A stretch of DNA of 64,000 bases from Nitrospirota bacterium (lineage in GTDB: Bacteria > Nitrospirota > UBA9217), in assembly GCA_963818475.1 (NCBI GenBank), contig CAWFSF010000002.1, forward strand, positions 1 to 64,000, written 5' to 3'. Shown piece after piece: positions 16,751 to 27,110 of this stretch. A program made the translations under genes and the position numbers. The notes under the pieces were generated by a model. The model was not told where the DNA came from. It ran no database searches and saw nothing but the letters and a program-made list of their open reading frames with translations. Position 1 is the stretch's first letter. The number at the start of each line of letters is the position of its first letter.

Positions 16751-17792
16751 TTTTTTTTCGCCCTGTTTTCGTTTGGTTAGATGCGCTTCGTAATCGCTGA
16801 CTTTGGCTCAAATATCCAGTGCAAATATGGCTTTTCCCAACGACCGCTGAGACTTCCGCCAGTACTTGTCGAGACACCAATATTGAAGTTCTTGTGCAGC
16901 TTCCTTACTTCCTGAAGGATTCATTTTATAAAGAGCTTCCTTCGCCCGCGTACGCTTGCCCCGCACACGCATTAATGCGCTCGTATGTGAATGAAGAAAT
17001 TGGTTTCAGTAAATCAGACATGCGGTTCTCAAGCATTAAGCGCAAATGATGATTTTGCGATTTACTTAAGTTAATCGCCACTTATATCGGAACGGTTATT
17101 CTGCTATTTAATTTATGCACTGCGTTTGTGTAATTTCGCAGGATATTTACTAATTATAATTCCCGGTGGCAATTCCTTGTGCTTGTCATTCAGACGGAAT
17201 ACCATAGAGCCCAGAACGATGTCCAGGCATTGAAGCAAAACATGGTCATGGGAATGCACTTCGGTGATGTCTTCGGCGGCAATCCTGATGCGTGCCATAC
17301 GGAATCCCGGATTTTCTCGCAGCCCGACAGAAACCCCTTGAAGCGCGCTACTTTTTCACCGGTGTCCGGGAACGTATCAAAATAAAGCCTCAGCCGCACG
17401 CCAGTTTCCTGGTGTCCTTTATATGGCAAACCAAAAGCATGCTTAATAAATTGGTAGTACAGTAGATAGTATTGAAGTTCTTTTTGTTCTTCTGTTAAGC
17501 CCTGCGGTTGCCTGGCATTATGCCGGAACATAATACGTACTTTTAGCGCACCGGCGGCAATCTCCTCAAAAAAGTGACGGACCATCGCTTGGTATTTCGG
17601 TAAATATCGCTCTGTCACCTGTTTCCCATTTGATCTCGCCGAAAAGATTCAGCTCCTGCTTTGCCACGTTTAATCGCCTTGTAACGCGCTCGTAATGCGA
17701 AGAGCCCACGATCAACCCGAGTAGAAGTTTGAGTAGTACTTTCCCTTTTTCTCGGATTCATCGCAAAATATGATATATTCTTTTTCGTTCAC
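16748..17792 (-). pseudogene. DUF3800 family protein disrupted by several frameshifts and a 188-bp insertion
   Basis: EYIIFCDES N-terminus, GEIKW, LRLYFD, SHDHVLLQCLD, and after the insertion RGKRTRAKEALYK...NFNIGVST...YLHW. Confidence 0.75.
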
Positions 17793-18282
17793 ACTCTATC
17801 CTTTTCCCCTCGCAGATTCCGGTCAACCTAGCGGTTTTCCACAATAGTAGAGATTATTATTTGCAGATGATTATAGTCAGGTTGCTTCCAAAATAGCAAA
17901 ACATTTTTATGTCAATATAGCCTTTATAATCAATATTTTATCCGCTTGGCTAGCGTTTCCGACGATTTAAAAAATTCCGGGTCTTTTTCTTTTACATCAA
18001 AAAACCTGGACTTCTTCAGTCCCGATACAATTGAAATCATTACATTTGTATGGTTTTTTTGCATTACAAGCGTTCAGGTAGCTGGTCCGGTCTTTGGGTT
18101 GTAAGGGAGAGGTGGCAAGTAGGTCGGGTCAATGCAAAAGGGTGTTATTTATGGGAATATCCGGCGCCTGCTTTGATAGTTTGATAGATATTTTTTTTGA
18201 CGATCTGCCCAGCACCCCCCAACCCCTCCCATCGAGGGAGGGGCTATGTCTCCGCTTTGTGAGAAAGGGCTAGTGTGGGTAT

Positions 18283-18792
18283 TTACTGTTGAAAGGCCTT
18301 GTACCGCACTTCTACGATGGTAAAGACCGCATCGCCCTTCGGCCGCTTGACCACGACCTCATCGCCCTCGGCCTTCTTCATCAGCGCCTTTGCCATGGGC
18401 GCGTCCATGCTGATCATTCCCTTCTCGAAGTCGGATTCATCCGGGCCCACGATGCGGTATTCAAAGAGGTTCCCCTCTTCATCTTCGAGCCTGAGCCAGG
18501 CCCCGAAGAACACCCGGCTCTGGTCGGACGGGACGCTGTCCACGACCACGATGTCCTCAAGGCGCTTCTTCAGGAAGTGGATGCGGTTGTCGATCTCGCG
18601 CAGCTGCTTCTTGCGGTAAATGTACTCGGCGTTCTCGGACCGGTCCCCTTCGGCTGCGGCTGCAGCGAGCGCGGCAGTCACCTCGGGGCGCCTGACGCTC
18701 CAGAGCATGCTGAACTCCTCGGTGAGCCGCTTTTTCCCTTCGGGCGTGATGTATTTGGAACTGGCTGGCTGCGGCGGTCGATAGCGTGTCAT
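18283..18792 (-). CDS. greB: Transcription elongation factor GreB
   Basis: YITPEG...RRPEVT...GDRSENAEYIYRKKQLREID. Confidence 0.93.
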   Translation of the reverse strand: MTRYRPPQPASSKYITPEGKKRLTEEFSMLWSVRRPEVTAALAAAAAEGDRSENAEYIYRKKQLREIDNRIHFLKKRLEDIVVVDSVPSDQSRVFFGAWLRLEDEEGNLFEYRIVGPDESDFEKGMISMDAPMAKALMKKAEGDEVVVKRPKGDAVFTIVEVRYKAFQQ

Positions 18793-18813
18793 GATCGTCA
18801 GCAGAAGAATGCG

Positions 18814-20164
18814 CTACTTCCCCTTGCTCATACCCCATTTCTTCCGCTTTTCCCAAAGCGACTTGCGCGTGATCCCGAGCATTCCGGCGATCTGCTGCTC
18901 CGTGTACTCCTTCTGGTTGCGAAGGATAAAGGCCTTGGTGTAGTCCTCGATCGACAGCTTCTGTTCGAAAGCCCCCTGTTCCAGCGTCGCCTCCCTGCGC
19001 AGGCCTCCGGGCAGGTGCTCCGGCCTGATGACCTCGCCGTCAACGATCAGGATGGCCCGCTCGATCACGTTCTGGAGCTCTCGCACGTTCCCGGACCACT
19101 CGTACTGCATCATCAGGTCCATGGCCTCGGGAGAGACCTCCTTGACGTTCCGGCCCAGGTCCTGGGCGTAGTACTGTCAGATAGAAGTTCACCAGCGAGC
19201 GGATGTCCTCCTTCCGCTCCCGGAGCGGCGGGATCTCGAGCGAAATAACGTTGATGCGGTAGTAGAGGTCTTCCCGGAACGCGTTGTTCCTGACCGCCGT
19301 TTTCAGGTCCTTGTTCGTCGCGGTAATGAACCGGATGTCGACCTTGATGCCCTTCGTGCTCCCTACCGGCCGGATGACCTGGTCCTCGAGCACGCGAAGC
19401 AGTTTTGCCTGGAGCGCGAGGCTCATGTCGCCGATCTCGTCGAGGAACACGGTCCCGCCTTCGGCGTCTTCCAGGATGCCCTTCTTGGTCGCCACGGCGC
19501 CGGTGAAGGCGCCGCGCACATGGCCGAAGAGCTCCGTTTCGAGCAGGTTCTCCGGGATGGCGGAGCAGTTGATCGGGACAAAAGGCATATCACGGCGACG
19601 GCTGTTGTGGTGGATCACCCGCGCAAAAAGCTCCTTGCCCGTGCCCGTCTCGCCCAGGAGCAGCACGTTGCTTTTGGCATCAGCGACCTTCTTGACCTCC
19701 TCGATGATGCTTTTGAGCGCGGCGCTCTCGCCGATGACGCTGCTGAAATCGTAGCCCTTCCCGATCTCCCGCTTGAGCAGCACGTTCTCCGCCTGCAGGC
19801 TCTTCTGGCGCAGCGCGTTCCGGACGATCTGCTTGATCTCCTCATGGATGATGGGCTTCATGATGTAGTCGTAGGCCCCTGCCCGGAGCGCCTTGACCGA
19901 CGTATCGAGCGAGGCGTAGGCCGTGACAATGATGACGATCTGGTCCGGGACCTGCTCCCGCACCTTGCCGAGCATCTCGATGCCGTCCATGCCCGGCAGA
20001 ATGATGTCGGAGATGATCACATCGTAGGCTGCCGCAGCGAGCAGCTCCAGCCCCTGCTCGGCAGATTCCGCCGTTTCCACGGCGTAGCCTTCCTTGGTGA
20101 AGATCCGCTTGATCGACTCCCGCAGCGTCTCTTCGTCTTCTACGATCAATATGCTTTTGGACAT
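18814..20164 (-). CDS. Sigma54-dependent NtrC-family response regulator (frameshift near 19175)
   Basis: REC domain, GETGTGKE, GAFTGA, FLDEI, FREDLYYR; WSGNVREL and Fis-type HTH in the second frame. Confidence 0.88.
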
Positions 20165-20177
20165 TTACACTCCCTAC

Positions 20178-20291
20178 CCCGGACAAACCGGAACCAACAC
20201 TTGCCACGAAGACACGAAGGCACGAAGAGATGCCAAAGTCCTTAGTGCTTTTTTTTCAAGACGTTCTTCGTGTCTTCGTGCCTTCGTGGCA
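20178..20291. repeat. Palindromic intergenic element, family A (9-bp CACGAAGRC units)
   Basis: TGCCACGAAGACACGAAGGCACGAAGA...TCTTCGTGTCTTCGTGCCTTCGTGGCA. Confidence 0.8.
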
Positions 20292-20315
20292 TAATATCTT
20301 TAGCGTTTCGTGTCC

Positions 20316-23264
20316 CTACGCTTCTACCGGGATGGTAATAATGAACTTCGTCCCCTTGTCCTTCGCTGAATCGATCTCGATCGTGCCGCCGTGGTCCTTG
20401 ATGATGCTGTAGCAGATCGAAAGGCCCAGGCCGGTCCCCTTGGACGGCCCCTTGGTGCTGAAGAAGGGGTCGAAGACCTTGTCCTTCACCTCGGCCTCGA
20501 TGCCGGTCCCGGTGTCGGCGAAGACCATGCGGACCAGGCCATCCGCCTGTCCAATGGCGATGTCGAGGCTTCCGCCGTCGGGCATGGCGTCGCGGGCGTT
20601 CAGGATCAGGTTCAGGAACACCTGCTGGATCTGGTCCGGGTCGATCCGGAGCGGCGGCGTATCGTGCACATCCGTGCGGATCTCGATCTTTTTGAACTGC
20701 CGGTCGTACCGCACCAGGTTCAGCGTGTTCTCGAGGATCTCCCCGAGGCTCGTCGGCATTTTCTGGCGCGGGTAAAGCCGGGCGAAATCGCCCAGGTTCC
20801 GCACGATCCGCGCGATGCGGTGCACCTGCCCGTTGATCGTCGTCAGGGACTCCCGGACAAAGGGCTTCAGCTCCTCGGTCTGGAGCTCCTGCACCAGCGA
20901 GGATATGGAGGCAAGCGGATTGCCGATCTCGTGGGCCACGCCGGCTGCAAGCCGGCCCACGCTGGCGTGCTTGGTCGCCCGGAACAGCTCCTCTTCGATC
21001 TTTTTCTTTTCGGTGATGTCCTCAAGTACGAGCACGTACCCTTTGTGAGCGCCGGTCAGCTTGCTCAGGTTCCCCTTCAGGATGATCTGGGGCTCAAAGT
21101 TCCTGCGGCAGGTGATCTCTCCTTCATGCACCCGGGGAGAGAAGAGGCGCGGCTCAAGACAGGTGAGCAGATCCTCGGCTTGACTGTTCATGGCATCGGC
21201 TTTTTCCACGCCCGTGATCAGCTCCATCCCGGTGTTCCAGTATTTGACGCGGAGCGACTCGTCGAGCGTTGCCACGCCGAGGGGAAGGCTCTCGATGATG
21301 TTCTCGCTGAATTCCTTGAGCAGGGCAAGCTGCCGGTTCGCCTCGGCCAGCTCCTGCCGCGACAATTGCAGGCTCTGCGAGATCTGGCGGATCGATTTCG
21401 AGACCTGCAGCGCCTCTTCATGCGTCAGGAGCGTCTTGTCCTGGAACACCAGCGCGCTGATCGACGGACCCAGCGCGCCCGACAGGGACCGCTCGGCCTC
21501 CTGCCTCAGTTTGAACAGCCACTCGTTGGACAGCGCCTGACGGTCCACGCCGGCCTTACGGGCAAAGGCATCGATGGCCTCCCGCGCCTCCGCCTCTCCG
21601 AGATACTGCGTCAGCACCTCCTCGATCTCGCCGACATTGAGCTGGCGCTGGTTCTGCGAGAATTGGAGCGGCGAATAGGAATCGACAAAAATGATGGCCT
21701 GGCGGGTCTCGGCATCGGACTGCTTCGTGAAGAGCGACACGCCCACGTAGAACAGCAGGTTCAGCAGCAGGCCCCAGAAGAGCGAATGGCTCCAGCGGTC
21801 GAGGCCTTCGAGGCCGAACAGCGCCGTGGGGTTCAGCATCCGTGATTTGAAGACCATCTCCATGAGGCTGCCCGGCTCCACGATGCCGGCGCGCAGGAAC
21901 GCCGGGATCAGCAGCGTATAGATCCAGATGCCGAACCCCACGATGATGCCGGCGACGGCCCCCTTCTTGTTGCCGCCCTTCCAATAGAGGCCGAGCAGAA
22001 AGGAGGGGGCGAAGATGGTGACCGCCTCAAAGGACTTGAGCCCGATGTCCACGAGGCTGTAATAATCGCCGATGTACACGGCGAAGGTATAGCCGAGGAA
22101 CACGCACCCGAGGATCACGAACCGCTTGATGTTCAGCATCACGACGGAAAAGTTCTTGAACGCCCGCAGGTCCCAGAGCGCGGGAACGACAAAGCTGTTC
22201 ATCACCATCGTGCTGAGCGCCACGGATTCCACGATGATCATGGCGGTCGCGGCCGAAAAACCGCCGATGAACGCGATGAGCGCCAGGAGCGAGTCGGCCG
22301 TGATGCAGCGGGATCGTGAGCACAAAATAGTCCGCCGTGGACGGGATGTCTCCCAGCAGCAGCCCGCCGTACGCGATGGGAAGAACAAAAATATTGATCA
22401 GGAACAGGTAGAGCGGAAAGAGCCACATGGCCTTTTTAATATGGTCCAGCTGAATAGTTCTCTACGACTGCTACGTGAAACTGGCGGGGCAGGAACATGA
22501 TGGCCATCATCGACAGGAAGGTAAGCGAGGTCCATTCAAGGAAGCTCACCGGCGAGGCGTCGCCGATCTTCATGAGCAGCGCGTAGGGCCCCTGCTGGAT
22601 CCTTCCGAAGATGTCGCCGAACCCGTTAAAGAGCCCGTAGGTCACAAAGAGCCCGACACTCATGAACGCAACCAGCTTGATCGCCGATTCGAAGGCAACG
22701 GCAAAGACCAGGCCGCCGTGGCGCTCCGACGCATCGAGCCTGCGCGCTCCGAAGATCACGGCAAAGGTGCCGAGCAGCAGCGAAACGAACCAGCCCTCAA
22801 AATTGGTGCTCTGCGCCTTGCCCGAGAGCAGGGTGAAGGACGTCATGATGGCCTTGAGCTGCAGGCCGAGATAGGGGGTGATCCCGACGACAGCGACGAA
22901 CGTGACCAGGGACCGAGAGGCCCAGGGACTTTCCGTAGCGTGACGAGATGAAATCCGAGATCGTGGTGATCCGGTTCTCTTTGGACAGGTACACGATCTT
23001 CCGGAGCACGATCCACCACAAGGCCGCCATGAGCGTCGGGCCGATATAGATCGTGAGAAAGCTCAGGCCCGAGTTCGCAGCCTTGCCCACGCTGCCGTAG
23101 AAGGTCCAGGAGGTGCAGTACACGGCAAGGGAAAGGGAATAGATATAGGGATTCGAGACCAGGCTCTTCCCCTGCAACTCCTTCCGTTCCGCAAAATAGG
23201 CAACGGAAAAGAGGAGAAGAAGATAGCCGAGAATGATGCTGAGCAGGACCAGGGGCGAGAACAC
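20316..23264 (-). CDS. Sodium:solute symporter (SLC5)-PAS histidine kinase, CbrA/CrbS-like (several frameshifts)
   Basis: YSLSLAVYCTSWTFYGSVG, FLPRQFHVAVVEN, GGFSAATAMIIV, AHEIGNPL, GTGLGL. Confidence 0.85.
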
Positions 23265-23441
23265 TTATTTTCCTCCGTCCTCCCGCTCCGAGAAGTGAGC
23301 AATGATGAAAATGAGCGCGATGAAGATAAACCAGTTGATGAACAAGGAAGTCGCCAGGCTGCCCTTGAAGATGCTCATGACGGGCCAGTTGAAGAACAGG
23401 AACCCGATGACGAATAGAAATATCCAGATATCGCGTTTCAT
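23265..23441 (-). CDS. 58-aa two-TM peptide abutting the kinase start codon
   Basis: MKRDIWIFLFVIGFLFFNWP...REDGGK; TAA lies immediately before the kinase GTG; not in the ORF track. Confidence 0.7.
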   Translation of the reverse strand: MKRDIWIFLFVIGFLFFNWPVMSIFKGSLATSLFINWFIFIALIFIIAHFSEREDGGK

Positions 23442-23724
23442 AGGCGGTTATAGTACCATAATTCATTCTTGATTGCCATATCCGAGACGTGTTTTTGAGG
23501 CATAGCTGCGCTACAAATGCCCCCCTGCCGCGGTATTTCTTAGCGGTGCTGGCGAGAGAGACCGTGCTTATTGATTAACAAAATTAAGGGCGATCAATTG
23601 GAGGACCTTGATTCAAGAACAGACAGAAACAGTTTCTACGGACGTGAAAAGAATTACAGGGAACGAGTTTAGGAGGGAACTACCGGTAATGAAAATGACA
23701 GCGACGTTCGCTGCCCACCCGGGA

Positions 23725-24516
23725 TCACCGGTAGGTCTTTGCAAGCAGGTACACAACGACGCCCGCGCCTGCGAAAAGAAGCATGAGCAGGCCCGAGAAG
23801 TTCTTTCTTGACTGGAGCTCGGCAAAAAGCGAGTCAACCCTGTTCTGGAGCATATCCAGCTGCAGGGCAAAACCGTCCGTTTTTTCCTTAACGAGCGAGA
23901 CATCAACCGTATGGAAAAGCGTGCGAAACTCCGCTTCCGTTCGGAAGAGCATCTTGTCTTCCTCCAGCGTATACATCCCCTGTGAAGAAAGTTTCTTCAA
24001 GGCCTTTTCAATGTCCCGTATTTTCCGCTCAGTTTCGAAAAGGGCCTGTTTCATGATCCTGGCCCGCTCATAGGTGTGGCACTGCGTGCATCGCTGTTCA
24101 TTAATAATGTCGATGTTCGCCCTTTGGATGTTATGCGAGCCGTGACAGGTGACGCAATTCGGCCCCCTGCCCGAGGCCTTAAGCGCTTTCCCGTGGCCGC
24201 TTTCGAGGTAGTTTTTCAGAATGCCGACATGGCACTTGCCGCAGAATCCGGGCACCTCCTGGTACTTGGGCGTGCCGACAAACCCCCGCTCTGGCGACAT
24301 GGCCATTGCCGCGTCCGCGGCGTCGCCGCCGTGGCAATCGTTGCAAGCGACGCCGTTTTGGTAGTGCCAGCTCAGCCGCCACTCTTCCGGGATCTTCCGG
24401 AACGCCGGTTTCATCGCATCGGAGTCGTGGCATTGAATGCAGACCGGCTCTTGATTCGCCGCCTGGACGGAGGAGGCCAGGATGAGGAGAAAGCAGCCGG
24501 CAATCAGGTATCTCAT
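23725..24516 (-). CDS. Pentaheme cytochrome c with C-terminal membrane anchor
   Basis: Signal peptide; CIQCH, CNDCH, CGKCH, CVTCH, CTQCH; ATGA overlap with cytochrome b. Confidence 0.88.
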   Translation of the reverse strand: MRYLIAGCFLLILASSVQAANQEPVCIQCHDSDAMKPAFRKIPEEWRLSWHYQNGVACNDCHGGDAADAAMAMSPERGFVGTPKYQEVPGFCGKCHVGILKNYLESGHGKALKASGRGPNCVTCHGSHNIQRANIDIINEQRCTQCHTYERARIMKQALFETERKIRDIEKALKKLSSQGMYTLEEDKMLFRTEAEFRTLFHTVDVSLVKEKTDGFALQLDMLQNRVDSLFAELQSRKNFSGLLMLLFAGAGVVVYLLAKTYR

Positions 24517-25604
24517 GAATATTTTCCCCATATCGTAAGAATGACCCAGCCCAGGAGCGCGGCCACGAAAGCGCCGAACAGGCCCCGTCTCTTTAAGATG
24601 TTGTCCTCTTTTTTAGCATCAAGAAACGGCCACAGAAGAAACAACGCGACCATGATGCCCTGCAGGCTGATGCCCACAAGCTTATTCGGGACCAGTTTCA
24701 GCATCTGGTAGGGGGCCAGGAAATACCATTCCGGCTTGATGTGCGCCGGCGTCTTGAACGGATCCGCCGGGATGTTCGCGTCTTCCGTCATGAAGAGGGC
24801 CGGTGCGAAAGTGAGGGTTAAAAACATGAGCGCGAAGAAGGCCGAAACCATATAGGCTTCCTTCAGCACAAAGTCGGGAAAGAACGGGTAGCCACCGGGA
24901 TGGTCCTCGTGGTGGAATGAGGTCCACGGTTTTTTCTCTTCTCCCCGGCCGAAGGGCGGAGCGGCTATGCCGATCCTCCTGACGAGAAAGAGGTGCAGGC
25001 TCAGGAAGGCCAGAAGAAGGAGCGGCATGACGACGACGTGCAGGGCGAAGAACCTGCCGAGCGTGATGCCCGACACGCTCTGCCCTCCCTGCAGGCATTT
25101 CACGGTGAGGTCGCCGAAGAAGGGGATTGCCGAAGGGATGTTCGTCACGATCGTCGTTGCCCAGTAAGAAAGCTGGCTCCAGGGCAGAAGGTAACCGCTC
25201 AGGCAGAAGGTCAGGGTGATGAACAGCATACTCGCGCCCGAAAACCAGGTAAGCTCCCGGGGCTTTTTGTAGCTGTTCATGAAGAAAACCGACAGCATGT
25301 GGCTTCCGACGGCGATCACGATGAGATTGCTTCCCACCACATGCATCAGCCTGAACAGCCAGCCGTAGGGCACGTTCGCCATGATGTTCTGGACGCTGCT
25401 GAAAGCATGGTCGGGCTGGGGCACATAGTAGGTGAGGAGGAGAACGCCGGTGAGCACCTGGACGATGAATCCTGCAAGCGCCATCAACCCGAGCGTATGG
25501 AAGATATTGAGGTTGGCCGGGACCAGGTATCCGGTCAAATGCGTTCTGATGAGCTCATTGAGCCCGATCCTGACCTCGATCCAGTTTATTATTTTTTTCA
25601 ACAT
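24513..25604 (-). CDS. petB: Cytochrome b of a Rieske/cytochrome b complex
   Basis: GWLFRLMH, GYLLPW, RFFALH, IKPEWYF. Confidence 0.9.
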   Translation of the reverse strand: MLKKIINWIEVRIGLNELIRTHLTGYLVPANLNIFHTLGLMALAGFIVQVLTGVLLLTYYVPQPDHAFSSVQNIMANVPYGWLFRLMHVVGSNLIVIAVGSHMLSVFFMNSYKKPRELTWFSGASMLFITLTFCLSGYLLPWSQLSYWATTIVTNIPSAIPFFGDLTVKCLQGGQSVSGITLGRFFALHVVVMPLLLLAFLSLHLFLVRRIGIAAPPFGRGEEKKPWTSFHHEDHPGGYPFFPDFVLKEAYMVSAFFALMFLTLTFAPALFMTEDANIPADPFKTPAHIKPEWYFLAPYQMLKLVPNKLVGISLQGIMVALFLLWPFLDAKKEDNILKRRGLFGAFVAALLGWVILTIWGKYS

Positions 25605-25633
25605 AGACCGGCCCCCTGCAACAACAAAAAAAC

Positions 25634-25742
25634 AAACCTTTGCCACGGATCAGGTCCGATAAAGGCTATGATAAGGGCGGATACGTCAAAATCGCGATCA
25701 GGCTTTTTCATAAAAAATCCGCCTTTATCCGTGTCAAAGATT
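25634..25742. repeat. Palindromic element, family C copy
   Basis: CCTTTGCCACGGAT...GGCGGAT...ATCCGCCTTTATCCGTGTCAAAG. Confidence 0.6.
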
Positions 25743-25776
25743 CTACTAGTAACAGATCCATGCTGCGCTGTCTTTC

Positions 25777-26190
25777 CTATCCTATGATGATGGAATCTCC
25801 CTCGACCCTGAACGGGAACTGCTGCAAGGGTTTCGGCGGAGGCCCGGAGATAACGCCGCCCGAGAGGTCGTAGCTCCCGGCGTGGCAGGGGCAGAGCAGT
25901 CTCTTTTTGTCTTTTTGATAATCAACAAGACACCCGAGATGGGTGCAAACCCGGGAAAGAACGACAAACCCCTTGTCCGGCCTGTTGATGACAACACAGG
26001 GAGTATTGTTGAAAACGATTTCCTTCGAGTCGCCGGCCGGAATATCAGCTTTGCTCAAGACGAGCGTCTTCGCACCTGACTCCCCGGCAGGGGGCGAAAA
26101 ATATTTGAAAAAAGGATACAGGAAAGAGACGAAGGTCGTCAGACCAAGGAGTGCAAGTATTTTCTGTAAGAATTCGCGTCGGTTTGTCAT
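25777..26190 (-). CDS. Rieske 2Fe-2S protein
   Basis: Tat motif NRREFL; CTHLGC and CPCH. Confidence 0.92.
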   Translation of the reverse strand: MTNRREFLQKILALLGLTTFVSFLYPFFKYFSPPAGESGAKTLVLSKADIPAGDSKEIVFNNTPCVVINRPDKGFVVLSRVCTHLGCLVDYQKDKKRLLCPCHAGSYDLSGGVISGPPPKPLQQFPFRVEGDSIIIG

Positions 26191-26435
26191 AGCGGTTGTT
26201 CATCTGCAGCCAGGCGTCACGCTGATAACGCGAACTATATCAGTGTAGTACGTGTTTGTCAAACAGGGGTAAACAAAGCCGGAATATTTCCTTCGTAGCT
26301 TGACTATTAGCTCGACTCGGGTAAACTTTATAATATCGGGCCCTGTCGAGACGATCATCGGTTTCCCTTAGTAATAGAGAACGCACAGAACCGTGCTCAC
26401 GATGAGGAACAAGTTTTGAAGAAAGGCGATAAAAG

Positions 26436-26951
26436 GTGAAAATATCATGGCTTATTGCCGGGCTGGCAGCAGCTGTGGCCGTTCTCGTCGCCGGCCTGGC
26501 GTTCATGTACTATCTTCCGCTCGATCTTCGGGACCGCTCTCCGGTCCAGCCGATCGCCTTCAGCCATAAAAAGCATGCCGGCGACAACGGCATTCCCTGC
26601 CTCTTCTGTCATCGATCAGCGAAAAAATCTGCGATCGCCGGCATCCCCGCAGTGGCAGACTGCCGCGCCTGTCATCTATTCATCGCCCGGGACGCTCAGG
26701 AGATCAAGAAGCTGACGGAGTACTGGGACAAACGACAGCCGGTCCCCTGGGTCAGGGTCTACGGCGTCCCTGACCACGTCTATTTCCCGCACATGATGCA
26801 CCTGCGCGCGGGGCTCGTCTGCGCCACTTGCCATGGCGAGGTTGCGGCTATGGAACGGATCACCCGGGCAGCCAAAATAAAGATGGGCTGGTGCCTGAAC
26901 TGTCACAAGCAGAAAAAGGCCAGCATCGATTGCTGGACCTGTCACAAATGA
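26436..26951 (+). CDS. actA: Alternative complex III pentaheme cytochrome c subunit (ActA-like)
   Basis: QPIAFSHKKHAG, five CxxCH motifs, VPDHVYFPH, MGWC. Confidence 0.82.
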   Translation: MKISWLIAGLAAAVAVLVAGLAFMYYLPLDLRDRSPVQPIAFSHKKHAGDNGIPCLFCHRSAKKSAIAGIPAVADCRACHLFIARDAQEIKKLTEYWDKRQPVPWVRVYGVPDHVYFPHMMHLRAGLVCATCHGEVAAMERITRAAKIKMGWCLNCHKQKKASIDCWTCHK

Positions 26952-26967
26952 GGCAAACTACATGGGG

Positions 26968-27099
26968 CAAAATACAAATTACAAATCACAAATTGCAAAT
27001 AAGCATCAAACTCCAGATCCGAAACACTAAACGGTTTGGAATTTGACGATTGTTTGATGGAAATTTATTTGTTATTTGATGCTTGTGATCTCGTGCTTG
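26968..27099. repeat. Heptamer-periodic imperfect palindrome, family D
   Basis: CAAAATA CAAATTA CAAATCA CAAATTG CAAATAA...TTATTTG ATGCTTG. Confidence 0.65.
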
Positions 27100-27110
27100 C
27101 AGGAGAGAAA

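Noticed and set aside
17710-17725. In-frame TGA in the DUF3800 N-terminus read as selenocysteine
   Set aside because: Homology continues in another frame (LIVGSS), so this is an indel, and no SECIS is evident.
18223-18243. CCCCTCCC-N5-GGGAGGGG hairpin as an RNA gene
   Set aside because: Too short; probably a REP-like repeat or a terminator downstream of greB.
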